A stretch of 64,000 bases of DNA from an uncultured virus (IMG/VR IMGVR_UViG_3300050821_014397) (taxonomy: Duplodnaviria; Heunggongvirae; Uroviricota; Caudoviricetes). Where the stretch lies: the IMG/VR virus record IMGVR_UViG_3300050821_014397; one strand, written 5' to 3'. This document shows positions 9,340-17,529 of the stretch, one piece after another (the stretch's first letter is position 1; each line of letters opens with the position of its first letter). Under the pieces are notes generated by a model. It did not search any database and was not told the DNA's origin. It was given only the letters and a program-made list of their open reading frames with translations. Both the position numbers and the translations under genes were made by a program.

Positions 9340-10076
9340 GGTGTCACCTCCAGGTCGGTGCGCCTGCCGGGGCTGAGAGTGACCATGCCGCGCGCCACGT
9401 CCAGCGCATGGTGCAGACTGCGGCCACCAAGCTCGCGGAAGACCTGGGTGCCGCCCCCGTACTGCTCTTCGAACTCCTTGGTCACATCGACCACGAAGTC
9501 CTCGCCGATCATGTGGATCTCAACTTTGATGATTCTGTTTTCTCTCATGCGCGTTTCCTCCCTTGCACCCTTTCCAGCGCCGCCATGCTTTGGGGCGTAC
9601 CCTGCTCCAGGTGATCCACCAGCGCGTTGCACCGGCGGCAAATGGCCAGCGTGCCCAGGCGCGGGTGCTCGCGCCGGAGAACACCGGCGCGGGTACACTT
9701 CAGGAACCACTGGCATTGGGGGCTCTTCATTGGCGCTCCTTGAGGACCGTGATCAGTTCGTTCAACTTTTGGTAGATGTTGCTGCCCACAATCCACACGA
9801 GCGCGGCCACAACGACGACATAGCCGATGACGTGATCCTGTGGCGAGGGGGGATAAAAATGCCAGCAGATCAGGGTTCCCCAAATGCCGACACCAAACCA
9901 CCATGGGGTATTCAAGGTTTCACCTCCACGCCCGGCGGCGGCTGAATCACGCGGCGCAGATCGTCGATCCGCGTCTCGCAATGGTCGATCTGGCGCTCGA
10001 TGGCGTTCGATGTGCGGCGCAGGGTTTTGATCTGCTCGCGCAGGAACGTGATCTCCTGTTCGATGGCCTCCTTCAT
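9336..10076 (-). other. Run of four very small coupled hypothetical ORFs
   Basis: MRENRII.., MKSPQCQW.., a small membrane ORF and MKEAIEQE.. with overlapping stops/starts. Confidence 0.45.
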
Positions 10077-10510
10077 TTCGTCACCCCCAGGTGTTTCTTG
10101 GCTGCCGCGCGTCCCCTGGCGCGGGCCGCGCTGGCCTTCGCCCGCACCTTGGGGTCGAGCAGATGCCGGTGCGGCGTCTCGCCGCGCGCGATGCGATCCG
10201 CCATGGTCGCCTTGGCCGCTTTGCTGCGGCTCTTCGTGCCCAGCCCGTCGCGCTGGCGGGCGATGGCCTCGGCCACCTGCGGCGGGATGGCGAGCCGGAT
10301 GGTCTCGCCGTGCCCCACCGTCTCGATGAAGATCGTGTCGCCACGCTCCTTCTGCCGGTAGGTCTGCACGATGAAGCTGCGCGCGATGCCGATCAAAGGC
10401 AGCATAGCGCGCACCGTCGTCGGCTTGCTCTTGACCACGTCCGGCAGGCCCTCGAGCGCGCCCACCAGCCGGTCGAATTCGCTGATCGTGTTGTCGTTGG
10501 TCGTCGTCAT
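10073..10510 (-). CDS. Hypothetical protein with basic C-terminus
   Basis: SD AGGAG-ACGACA-ATG. Confidence 0.7.
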   Translation of the reverse strand: MTTTNDNTISEFDRLVGALEGLPDVVKSKPTTVRAMLPLIGIARSFIVQTYRQKERGDTIFIETVGHGETIRLAIPPQVAEAIARQRDGLGTKSRSKAAKATMADRIARGETPHRHLLDPKVRAKASAARARGRAAAKKHLGVTK

Positions 10511-10519
10511 TGTCGTCTC

Positions 10520-10840
10520 CTATGCGTAGATCAGAAACACATCCATCAACACGCCCGCTTCCATGCGGCCCTGCCAGTAGCCCAGCCCGGCGATGTTCTC
10601 CGCGAGGAATTGGGCCACCTCGTTGCTCGCCTTGAGCACCAGCTTCCGGTTATGGCCGCCCGGGGCGAAGCTGGCCGCGTAGCGGTCGCTCTTGTGGTCG
10701 TACTCCAGGCCGGTGAGGCTTCCCAGGTAGACCGGGGCGTTCAACCCGGCCAGGATGGCGGCGTGCTTCGCGCGGCCCTCCTCCGGGGTTGCGGGCTTGG
10801 GTTCGCCATACACAAGCTCGGTAATTGGGACGACCCGCAC
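10520..10840 (-). CDS. Hypothetical protein
   Basis: ORF, codon usage. Confidence 0.6.
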   Translation of the reverse strand: MRVVPITELVYGEPKPATPEEGRAKHAAILAGLNAPVYLGSLTGLEYDHKSDRYAASFAPGGHNRKLVLKASNEVAQFLAENIAGLGYWQGRMEAGVLMDVFLIYA

Positions 10841-11139
10841 TAGCTCACCCCCTGCGCGCTGTAGCGCGGCGCGAAGCAGCCGCCATGGGTCAGCTTGCCG
10901 GTCGTGTGATCGAGGTGCGCGGCGATGCCGAACACGTCGTGCGTGAAGTTGAAGTCGTCTGCCGCCAGCAGTTCGGCCAGCCGGAGGGGATTGCCGTTCG
11001 CGTGCGCGGCGGTCAGGTCCATCGTGGCGTCGTGCCAGCTATACTCCATGCCTTGCCGCCGGGCGATTGCCTTGGCCCGCTCGGCAATCTGGTTGATCAG
11101 GTCGTGGTCTTCCTTCGATACCTTCCAGTTCAGAATCAT
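10840..11139 (-). CDS. DUF6874-like phage protein
   Basis: MDLTAAHANG.PLRL..LLAADDFNFTHDVFGI..HLD..TGKL...F.PRY. Confidence 0.7.
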   Translation of the reverse strand: MILNWKVSKEDHDLINQIAERAKAIARRQGMEYSWHDATMDLTAAHANGNPLRLAELLAADDFNFTHDVFGIAAHLDHTTGKLTHGGCFAPRYSAQGVS

Positions 11140-11182
11140 ATTTATCCCTCTGCTCGTAATCTTCAGTTGCTCGTAATGTTCA

Positions 11183-11211
11183 GTGTGCCACGCCCTTGCG
11201 AGCGTGGCAAG
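11183..11211 (-). promoter_or_regulatory. Sigma70-like promoter overlapping an 8-bp inverted repeat
   Basis: TTGCCA-17-CACACT; TGCCACGC...GCGTGGCA. Confidence 0.45.
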
Positions 11212-11217
11212 ATGTAT

Positions 11218-11364
11218 TTACTTTCGTCCTCCCAGCACCCACATCCAAAAGTTGATGAAGCCCGCTCCGCGCGGATCGAGAAAGGTACTCCAGACTACGC
11301 CGACTACGATCAGCGCAAGAATGATGGCCACAGTACGGCCTTTGTTATCGTTTAAAAATTGCAT
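11218..11364 (-). CDS. Small membrane protein (not in ORF track)
   Basis: MQFLNDNKGRTVAIILALIVVGVVWSTF..., SD GAGGAG. Confidence 0.55.
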   Translation of the reverse strand: MQFLNDNKGRTVAIILALIVVGVVWSTFLDPRGAGFINFWMWVLGGRK

Positions 11365-11382
11365 TGGTCTCCTCAAGAATTC

Positions 11383-11450
11383 GGCCTGTCTTCCGTCAGG
11401 CGTGGTAGGCCATCTCCACGCGACCGGCGGTGGGCGCGCCGGTTTCGACT
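11383..11450 (-). ncRNA. Hammerhead ribozyme, type II, variant core
   Basis: GUC-GAAAC-stem III-GUC-stem I-CUGACGGAA-GAC; loop I GGCCU pairs with 3' AGGCC. Confidence 0.6.
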
Positions 11451-11452
11451 AC

Positions 11453-11869
11453 TCAAAATGGCTCGAAGTGACCCGGCAGCGTATCGCCTTCCGCGTCCAC
11501 CGGCCAGCCGCTCGGAGTGTCGTTGAACTCCAGGTCGCCGTCGGTCCACAAGCCCCCCTCGTAGCGCAGCCGGTAGCCGTCGGCGGTCACGAAGGTCAGG
11601 CCGGGCTGGCCGCCGAAGGAGCCGCGCCGCTCGAAGGCCGTCTCGGCGTCCTGCGCGGCCTCCTCGCGCCGCTCCTGAATGGCCAGCACGCGCCGCAGCA
11701 GGCCGTAGGCGTCCTCGCCTTCGAGCAGGCTGCCGAAGGCCAGCGGGTCGCCCTTGATGTTCTCCAGGTCCTGCGCGGTGGCGAAGATGTCGCCGCGCGC
11801 GTCACGCTGCTCGCTGGCCCATTCGACCAGCGCCTCTTCCAGCAGTTCCCTCAGTTCCCGTTTCGTCAT
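11453..11869 (-). CDS. Hypothetical protein
   Basis: SD GGGAGAGACGACG-ATG. Confidence 0.7.
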   Translation of the reverse strand: MTKRELRELLEEALVEWASEQRDARGDIFATAQDLENIKGDPLAFGSLLEGEDAYGLLRRVLAIQERREEAAQDAETAFERRGSFGGQPGLTFVTADGYRLRYEGGLWTDGDLEFNDTPSGWPVDAEGDTLPGHFEPF

Positions 11870-12147
11870 CGTCGTCTCTCCCTTGCCTGTTCCCAGGTGT
11901 CAATCACCACGCGTTCCTTCTTCGCCCGCGCCTCCACGTCCGTTACCTGCCTCCCGGCCACGATCTCGGTGTGCGAGGAGTAAGGCCCGGTCACGTAGCT
12001 GAAGTCCGCGACCTCATACAGCCGCCCGGCCACGTTCACGTAGACCGGGTCCGGTGCCCAGGAATCGAAGCTCGATCCCTTGCAGGGCGCGACAAGCTCG
12101 CGCAGGAACCGCAGTGAAATAGTGCCGTCGTTTCGTTGGTTGCTCAT
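11866..12147 (-). CDS. Hypothetical protein
   Basis: SD AGGAG before MSNQRND. Confidence 0.6.
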   Translation of the reverse strand: MSNQRNDGTISLRFLRELVAPCKGSSFDSWAPDPVYVNVAGRLYEVADFSYVTGPYSSHTEIVAGRQVTDVEARAKKERVVIDTWEQARERRR

Positions 12148-12181
12148 GGATCTCCTGTGGAAAATCTGTGGATCTCTCTCG

Positions 12182-12335
12182 GCCAGCGCCCGCACGAGGC
12201 GGTCACTCACGTCCCGGCGGGGCGTCCCCCGATGACTTCCCGGTGTTTCACCGTCCCTACTGTCCACCGCGCTCGGACTTACGTGGATGCTTTCAGTGGG
12301 GCAGGACGCGAGCGCCGCCTCGTGGGGGCACTGGC
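12182..12335 (-). ncRNA. Candidate structured ncRNA (long closing stem, multi-hairpin core)
   Basis: 12182-12216 pairs with 12302-12335 (about 34 bp including G-U); internal GAAA-capped hairpin. Confidence 0.5.
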
Positions 12336-12342
12336 AATACGT

Positions 12343-12399
12343 GGCCGGGCTTGGGAACCGGCCTGCCGCATTAGGGCCGCGTAGCGGCCCCCCTCTGCG
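12343..12399 (-). ncRNA. Twister ribozyme (P5-type permutation)
   Basis: CGCA-GAGGG-P1 hairpin-UAA-UGCG-GC-GGCCGG-UUCCC-AAGC-CCGGCC. Confidence 0.85.
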
Positions 12400-12603
12400 T
12401 GACTACTTCTGTCCCGGCTCGCGGGTCAACAGCGCGTACAGGGCCTTCTCCTCGTCGCGCAGCATGCGCGCTTCCAAGGGCGGCGCGTCCGCGATCTTGC
12501 TTCCGCACCTCGTGCCAGCGCTTGGCGGCTTTGCCGTGCCAGCGGCACTCGGTGTTCCAGCACTCGGGCCAGCCGCCCTTCAGGTCACACTTGCTTTGTC
12601 GTT

Positions 12604-12813
12604 TCATCGTCTGGGTCTCCTCTGCGTCTGCTTGCTCGGCGGCACGCTGGTGTAGAACCCGCGCGCGGCCACGAAGCCGGTCGTCGCGGGCCATAGCTCG
12701 TGCGCGCCCGCCTCGCGCGCCTCCTCGTTGCGCTCGGTCAATTCCTGTACCGCCCGGTCGATCAGGTCGCACAGTTCGCCAGCGGTCATCTGCTCTAGTT
12801 GCTCGTTGTTCAT
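12604..12813 (-). CDS. Hypothetical protein
   Basis: SD GAGGGAGACGACGACG-ATG. Confidence 0.6.
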   Translation of the reverse strand: MNNEQLEQMTAGELCDLIDRAVQELTERNEEAREAGAHELWPATTGFVAARGFYTSVPPSKQTQRRPRR

Positions 12814-12831
12814 CGTCGTCGTCTCCCTCGT

Positions 12832-13215
12832 TTAGAACGGAACGTCGTCGTCGTCCCAGTGCACCATCACCGGCGGTGGCGCGTTCACCGGCCCATGGAC
12901 CGGATGCGCCCGCTGGTACTCTTCCAGGCGCGTGTAGTGGCGCTTGGCGTGACCGCGCTCGTGGATCTGCTCGCACCACATCTCGAACAGGCCCCAGGCG
13001 TTCTCCATCTCGTACTGCCCCAGGATGCGTCCGGCGGTCTCGGGCAGGTCATAGCGGGCCAGCAGGCGTTCCATCTCCGCGCCGGTCAGGTGGCGCGCCG
13101 TGTGCACCAGCCGGTGCTCTTGCTCGTAGGTCATCGTCATGTCGTCGTCCTCGTCCTCGTCCTCGTTGTCGTCATGGTCCACGAATTCCGTCATGGGCAG
13201 GTAGCGCATCGTCAT
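12832..13215 (-). CDS. Hypothetical protein with acidic tract and DDDVPF tail
   Basis: SSB-like acidic C-terminus WDDDDVPF. Confidence 0.6.
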   Translation of the reverse strand: MTMRYLPMTEFVDHDDNEDEDEDDDMTMTYEQEHRLVHTARHLTGAEMERLLARYDLPETAGRILGQYEMENAWGLFEMWCEQIHERGHAKRHYTRLEEYQRAHPVHGPVNAPPPVMVHWDDDDVPF

Positions 13216-13397
13216 TCCCCCTCGCTCAGTTCCCACTGGTAGGATTCGCGGGCCACCCTACGGTCTTCGATGGTGCACTCCAAGGCCACCATCGAGCGCT
13301 TCCATGCGCGTGCCGCCTGCTCCGCCATGCGCTTGGTCCGGTACTCGCCCGGAAGCTGGCCGCAATCATGGCCGTTGTCCCAATTGATTTTCCACAT
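13212..13397 (-). CDS. Hypothetical protein
   Basis: Conserved leader motif before ATG. Confidence 0.6.
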   Translation of the reverse strand: MWKINWDNGHDCGQLPGEYRTKRMAEQAARAWKRSMVALECTIEDRRVARESYQWELSEGE

Positions 13398-13433
13398 CGT
13401 CGTTTCTCCCTTGCTCGTATTGTTCAGACTACC

Positions 13434-14282
13434 TCAGGCGCACTCACTCCATGCCGCCCCGTCCACTGGGCCAGCGGGCACATAGCCAGCGGCCAGCGTG
13501 CGCTCGATCTGCACCAGCGGCAAGTGCTGCTTGAAGTCATGGCCGATGGCGCGCTCCACCTTGACGTACTCGCCGAGTAACTCCCGGTTGTGATAGCCCG
13601 CGAGTAACAGCGCCTCGGGCGGCGCGTAGAAGCAGAACACGCACGACAACCTCGGCATGCCCAGGTCATAGGCGCGGTGGTACTCGAGGCCGCGCGATTT
13701 GATGTGCAGCCATACCTCACTCTCGCTCCACCCATGGATCGGCAGCCAGCGCGTCACCTCGCGCCGCGTCAGGTTGGTCGCCGGGTCGTCGCTCACCGGC
13801 TCCATGTCGCGCCGCTTGGTCGACTCCTGCGCGCGCAACCCCAGGCAGTTGAGGATGCGCACGCGCCGGTAGGGCCGCGCCGCCACGCTCCTGCCGCGCG
13901 TCAGGGCGAGCCGTTCGACGGTCTCGTTGACCAGTTGGGTCATCAGGCCGGTCACCGGCTTCGTCTTGTGATCGCTCGTGCAGTAGCGCGTGCTGTAGCC
14001 CGGCCACTTGCCGCGCGCCGCCACATGATCGAGCAGGTCATTCTGCTCGCGCCGCACCACCTCAAAGCGCAGGCCGTAGCGCTTGGCCTGCCGCTCCGCC
14101 AGTTCGCGCGTGCCGCTCCACTCCACGCGTCCGAGATCCGCGTGCACCACCACCAGCCGCTCGCGGTTGACGCCCGCCTCGTCAGCGAGGGTCACGAGAT
14201 AGTCCAGCATGGCGAGCGAGTCCTTGCCAGCGGAAGTGTTGATCAGAATCCAGTCGTACGTGCGCAGGTCCGGTGTCGTCAT
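13434..14282 (-). CDS. Phosphoadenosine phosphosulfate reductase family protein (CysH/DndC-like)
   Basis: SAGKDS PP-loop, RYCTSDHK, GLRAQES..R, PIHGW, RLSCVFC. Confidence 0.85.
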   Translation of the reverse strand: MTTPDLRTYDWILINTSAGKDSLAMLDYLVTLADEAGVNRERLVVVHADLGRVEWSGTRELAERQAKRYGLRFEVVRREQNDLLDHVAARGKWPGYSTRYCTSDHKTKPVTGLMTQLVNETVERLALTRGRSVAARPYRRVRILNCLGLRAQESTKRRDMEPVSDDPATNLTRREVTRWLPIHGWSESEVWLHIKSRGLEYHRAYDLGMPRLSCVFCFYAPPEALLLAGYHNRELLGEYVKVERAIGHDFKQHLPLVQIERTLAAGYVPAGPVDGAAWSECA

Positions 14283-14283
14283 G

Positions 14284-14562
14284 TCAGTTCAGTTCCTTTC
14301 GGTCAGCCCCGGTCATGGGCTGGACTTCGTCATCGAACGGGTAGCCACTGGCCGCGTTCTGGTCGAACGACTCAATCAGGTCGTCCATCTGGGCGCGCGT
14401 CAACAGGCCCAGGCGCGGCCCGTCCTCGATGCGCGCCGCCATCAACTGCCAGCCGTCGTCGTCCTTGGCCACGTACAGCCGCAGACTCCGCTGCACGCCG
14501 TCAGCGAAGACGTGCTGCCAGCTTTCCACCACGTGGGTGGGCTTCAGGTGTTCGTTCGTCAT
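14284..14562 (-). CDS. Hypothetical protein
   Basis: MTNEHLKP..., SD GAGGAG. Confidence 0.55.
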   Translation of the reverse strand: MTNEHLKPTHVVESWQHVFADGVQRSLRLYVAKDDDGWQLMAARIEDGPRLGLLTRAQMDDLIESFDQNAASGYPFDDEVQPMTGADRKELN

Positions 14563-14762
14563 TTGCTCTCCTCGGTGGTCTCCGCCACCACGCGGTAGCG
14601 CTTCTGGGGGGCATCGCCCACGATGTAGCCGCGCGTGTACGAGTACTCGTGGCGGATGTTGCGGTAGGGTGATTCGGGGCCAGCCGCGAGGCGCGCAGTG
14701 GCCACCGCGTGCTCGGCCTCGCGCAGGGTCAGGCCGTCGCGCAGGATCGTCGTCGTCGTCAT
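14559..14762 (-). CDS. Hypothetical protein
   Basis: ORF coupled to neighbours. Confidence 0.55.
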   Translation of the reverse strand: MTTTTILRDGLTLREAEHAVATARLAAGPESPYRNIRHEYSYTRGYIVGDAPQKRYRVVAETTEESK

Positions 14763-14764
14763 GG

Positions 14765-15133
14765 TTAGCTCCGTTCCTCCAGCTTCTCGGCCAGCGCGTT
14801 TGCACCGGCCAGCACGGCCTCGATGTGCTCCGCGCCGCTGTAGTCGTTGATCACATCCCAGCCGTCGTTGCCGTACACGAGCCGGACCCAGCCGTGCTCG
14901 CGTTCCAGCCCGACAATCCGGCGTTCGAGGTGCAGCACGTCCTCGTCAGTGTTGATCAGCGCGTCCAACACGGCCTTGCGGCTGGTGGAGCGGGTCACGG
15001 CGTACTCGTCGCCGCCATCGTCCACGCTCAGCGTGTAGCCAGCCTTCAGGGCGTCAGTGACGATCCTCTTCACAATGGCCACTTCCATGGCTTGGCGCTT
15101 GCGCACCGTTTCGTTCTCGGGGTTCAGGTACAT
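14765..15133 (-). CDS. Hypothetical phage protein
   Basis: GWVRLVYGNDGWDVINDY; SD GAAGGAG. Confidence 0.7.
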   Translation of the reverse strand: MYLNPENETVRKRQAMEVAIVKRIVTDALKAGYTLSVDDGGDEYAVTRSTSRKAVLDALINTDEDVLHLERRIVGLEREHGWVRLVYGNDGWDVINDYSGAEHIEAVLAGANALAEKLEERS

Positions 15134-15155
15134 GTTCGTCGTCTCCTTCTAGCGT

Positions 15156-15220
15156 GGCCGGGGTTGTGACCGGCCTCCCGCATTCCAGCCGGGGCACGTG
15201 GCCCCGGGCTGCACTCTGCG
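15156..15220 (-). ncRNA. Twister ribozyme (P5-type permutation)
   Basis: CGCA-GAGUG-P1-GAA-UGCG-GG-GGCCGG-UCAC-AACC-CCGGCC; GG/CC compensatory pseudoknot. Confidence 0.8.
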
Positions 15221-15222
15221 TG

Positions 15223-16014
15223 TTAGCTCTTCAGCTTCTTCATCTCCTCGGCGAGGGTCCACAGTGCCTTGTTCAGGCGCGTGTTCTCGCTGATGCCTTC
15301 GACCGGGCGCACGCGGGCGCGACGGCCAGAGGTCTGGTTGCGGTAGCGCGTGCCGCCCTGGGTCAGGTTCTCCTGGGCCACGTTGAACGTGTTCCACAGC
15401 GTGGGCTCGGCGTCCTCGGTGCGGCGCGGGCGAACGACGGCCTCGGGCGTGATCGGCGCGGCGTCGTCGTAGCGGAGGGCCAGCGCGGCGGTGGCGAACG
15501 CGGCGCGCTCGGGCGGCGCGAGGCGCAGGTTGCGGAACGACTCCACCGACTCGAGCGCGCGCGGCATCTGGTCGATGACTTCGAAGCTGGCCTCGATGAT
15601 GCCGTCAGCCGTGCCCCGGTGTGGCACTTTGATCGCCGCCACGATGCCGTCGTCGACCATCAGGCCGTTCGCGCAGACGTAGCGGTACAGGCCGCCCGCC
15701 ACCTCGTACGCGCTCGCGCCGTCGTGGCTGTTCGTCACCACCACCTCGGGCACGATGCCGCCCACGCGGGCGACGGCTTGCGCCATGTCCAACTGGCGGA
15801 AGCGGATCTGGTGGCGGGTGAACTCGGCTTTGCCCGGGACGCGCGTCCGGCTCTGCACGGCCTTGACCGGCACGAAGCCCTCGTGGCGGAGCTTTTCGAC
15901 CACCTCGATGGTGGGGATGAAGGCGTACTTGCCGGACATCTTGTGCCAGGGTTCGCTGGCGAAAATGGAAGGCGCGAAAGCGCGCAGTTGATCGTTGGTC
16001 AGTACGTTGGTCAT
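15223..16014 (-). CDS. DUF932 domain protein
   Basis: APSIFA..P...S.KY.FIPT, NSHDG.S, GLYRYVCANGL, TLWNTFNVAQENL, LNKALW. Confidence 0.9.
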   Translation of the reverse strand: MTNVLTNDQLRAFAPSIFASEPWHKMSGKYAFIPTIEVVEKLRHEGFVPVKAVQSRTRVPGKAEFTRHQIRFRQLDMAQAVARVGGIVPEVVVTNSHDGASAYEVAGGLYRYVCANGLMVDDGIVAAIKVPHRGTADGIIEASFEVIDQMPRALESVESFRNLRLAPPERAAFATAALALRYDDAAPITPEAVVRPRRTEDAEPTLWNTFNVAQENLTQGGTRYRNQTSGRRARVRPVEGISENTRLNKALWTLAEEMKKLKS

Positions 16015-16052
16015 GGTGTTTTCCTTTGGTTGCGTTCTGGGGGATTTGCGTG

Positions 16053-16111
16053 AGCCGGGCTTGTGACCGGCTGGCCGCATTACGCCCGGGCGAAGCCCGG
16101 GTCACTCTGCG
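16053..16111 (-). ncRNA. Twister ribozyme (P5-type permutation)
   Basis: CGCA-GAGUG-P1 (UUCG loop)-UAA-UGCG-GC-AGCCGG-UCAC-AAGC-CCGGCU. Confidence 0.85.
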
Positions 16112-16112
16112 A

Positions 16113-16463
16113 TTAGTGGGAAGGCGTGACGCTCCACCCGCACCCGGTCAAGCGCCGGTACTCGCGGCTGGCGTCGTCCATGGCGGCGCGAGAGGCGAGC
16201 ACGCGCCGGTAGTGGTCGACCTTGACGTCGACGTCGTGGTCGGTGTCCTCGGTGGTCACCACCTCGTACCATGCGAACGTGGTCGGTGTGGGCTGGCCCT
16301 CGCGGTACATCACCTCGTACCGCGCCGCGCTCGGGTTACAGGGGTCACAGACCCACCAGTGCGGCCAGAAGGCCACTTTGACCACCGGCTCGCCGGTAGC
16401 GTCCGGCACGATCAGGCGCAACGGCTGGCATCCGCCCGTGCGGTCGGTCAGGGTGTAGGCCAT
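16113..16463 (-). CDS. Hypothetical protein
   Basis: ORF ends immediately before a twister. Confidence 0.6.
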   Translation of the reverse strand: MAYTLTDRTGGCQPLRLIVPDATGEPVVKVAFWPHWWVCDPCNPSAARYEVMYREGQPTPTTFAWYEVVTTEDTDHDVDVKVDHYRRVLASRAAMDDASREYRRLTGCGWSVTPSH

Positions 16464-16642
16464 CAGCGCACCCCTTCCACGAGCCTAGTGAACGCCATCT
16501 CGGCGTCGTTGGTCTCCTCCAGGCGCTTGGCCCAGTGGGCGAAGTCGCCCTGGACCTCGTGCGAGAACAGCCAGTTGGAAAGCAGTTCCTTGCGGCGGGT
16601 GGCGAAGGCCACGCGGGTGTTTACTACGTTGTCGAATGTCAT
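16463..16642 (-). CDS. Hypothetical protein (not in ORF track)
   Basis: MTFDNVVNTRVAF..., SD AGAGGAGACGACGACG. Confidence 0.6.
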   Translation of the reverse strand: MTFDNVVNTRVAFATRRKELLSNWLFSHEVQGDFAHWAKRLEETNDAEMAFTRLVEGVR

Positions 16643-16657
16643 CGTCGTCGTCTCCTC

Positions 16658-16918
16658 TTACATCACGCGCTGGCCGTCGCGGTAGTCGATCCAGCGGCTT
16701 TCCCCGTCTTCCACAATCTCGATCTCGGCGGTGGCGTCATGGGCCAGCATCAAAGCCATCTCGATGGCCGAGACGTGCGAGTACATGGCGGTCTCGCTAT
16801 GGCCGGTGTACAGCGTCACCACCCGTTTGCCGTTCCAGCATTCCAGGTTCTCGTTCCTCTGCGGGACCGTGCCGCGCGAGGCGTGCAGGTTCACTGCGAA
16901 GCGCTTGATCTTCTTCAT
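16658..16918 (-). CDS. Hypothetical protein
   Basis: SD GAGGAG. Confidence 0.6.
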   Translation of the reverse strand: MKKIKRFAVNLHASRGTVPQRNENLECWNGKRVVTLYTGHSETAMYSHVSAIEMALMLAHDATAEIEIVEDGESRWIDYRDGQRVM

Positions 16919-16933
16919 GGTTGGTCTCCTCGG

Positions 16934-17086
16934 TTAGCTCACGCGCAGGTTCTTGCGCACCATCAGCTCGTTGTCCAGGGCCAGTTCAAACTCACGCCCG
17001 TAGCGGGCGTAGCGCCCGCGCTTGACCACGCTGATCAGCGTAGCGGTGGCGATCTTCTCGAAGGGTCTGTTGTTCGTCGTCGTCAT
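16934..17086 (-). CDS. Small hypothetical protein, first gene of the early operon
   Basis: MTTTNNRPFEK..., SD AAAGGAG. Confidence 0.6.
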   Translation of the reverse strand: MTTTNNRPFEKIATATLISVVKRGRYARYGREFELALDNELMVRKNLRVS

Positions 17087-17104
17087 GTTGTCTCCTTTGC
17101 GTTT

Positions 17105-17174
17105 GCGCGGGCTTGTGAACCGCGCGTGCCGCATTACGCGCTGGCCTTTTCAGGCTGGCCAGCGTCACTCTGCG
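17105..17174 (-). ncRNA. Twister ribozyme (P5-type permutation)
   Basis: CGCA-GAGUG-P1-UAA-UGCG-GC-GCGCGG-UUCAC-AAGC-CCGCGC. Confidence 0.85.
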
Positions 17175-17191
17175 ATTTGGTTGATTGGTTT

Positions 17192-17276
17192 GAAAGGCCG
17201 GGACCATGCGTTTATAAGTGGATTCTCTTTTCAGAGAGTCAGGTGTGTTTCAACCTGTTCACTATCCCGGTCTTTC
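17192..17276 (-). ncRNA. Structured multi-stem RNA element in the early leader
   Basis: 12-bp closing stem GAAAGACCGGGA/UCCCGGCCUUUC with two internal GAAA-containing hairpins. Confidence 0.45.
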
Positions 17277-17509
17277 GTTTTCCATTTGCGATGTGGACCT
17301 GTCACGTCCACTCCCGTCGCTTTTCGCGTGTACCTTGGGCGGTCAGATGATCTTCGGGACTTACGTTCGCCGCTCTCGGGGGCTTCGCGCGCTGGTCACA
17401 CCAACGGCACGCGATCCTACACACGGTCACCTACGTCCTGGTCAAAACCTACGGGATGGTCAACGGCCTACTCGCCCTACTGCCTGGGTTTTCGCTACTT
17501 CGCTCGGGG

Positions 17510-17529
17510 CTATTCAGTTGTCAAGGATC
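17510..17529 (-). promoter_or_regulatory. boxA-like antitermination element
   Basis: GATCCTTGACAACTGAATAG resembles rRNA-leader boxA sequences. Confidence 0.5.

Noticed and set aside
15156..17174. Repeated hairpin elements read as terminators, REP elements or C4-type antisense RNAs
   Set aside because: No U tracts, and the conserved bases and covariation fit the twister core much better
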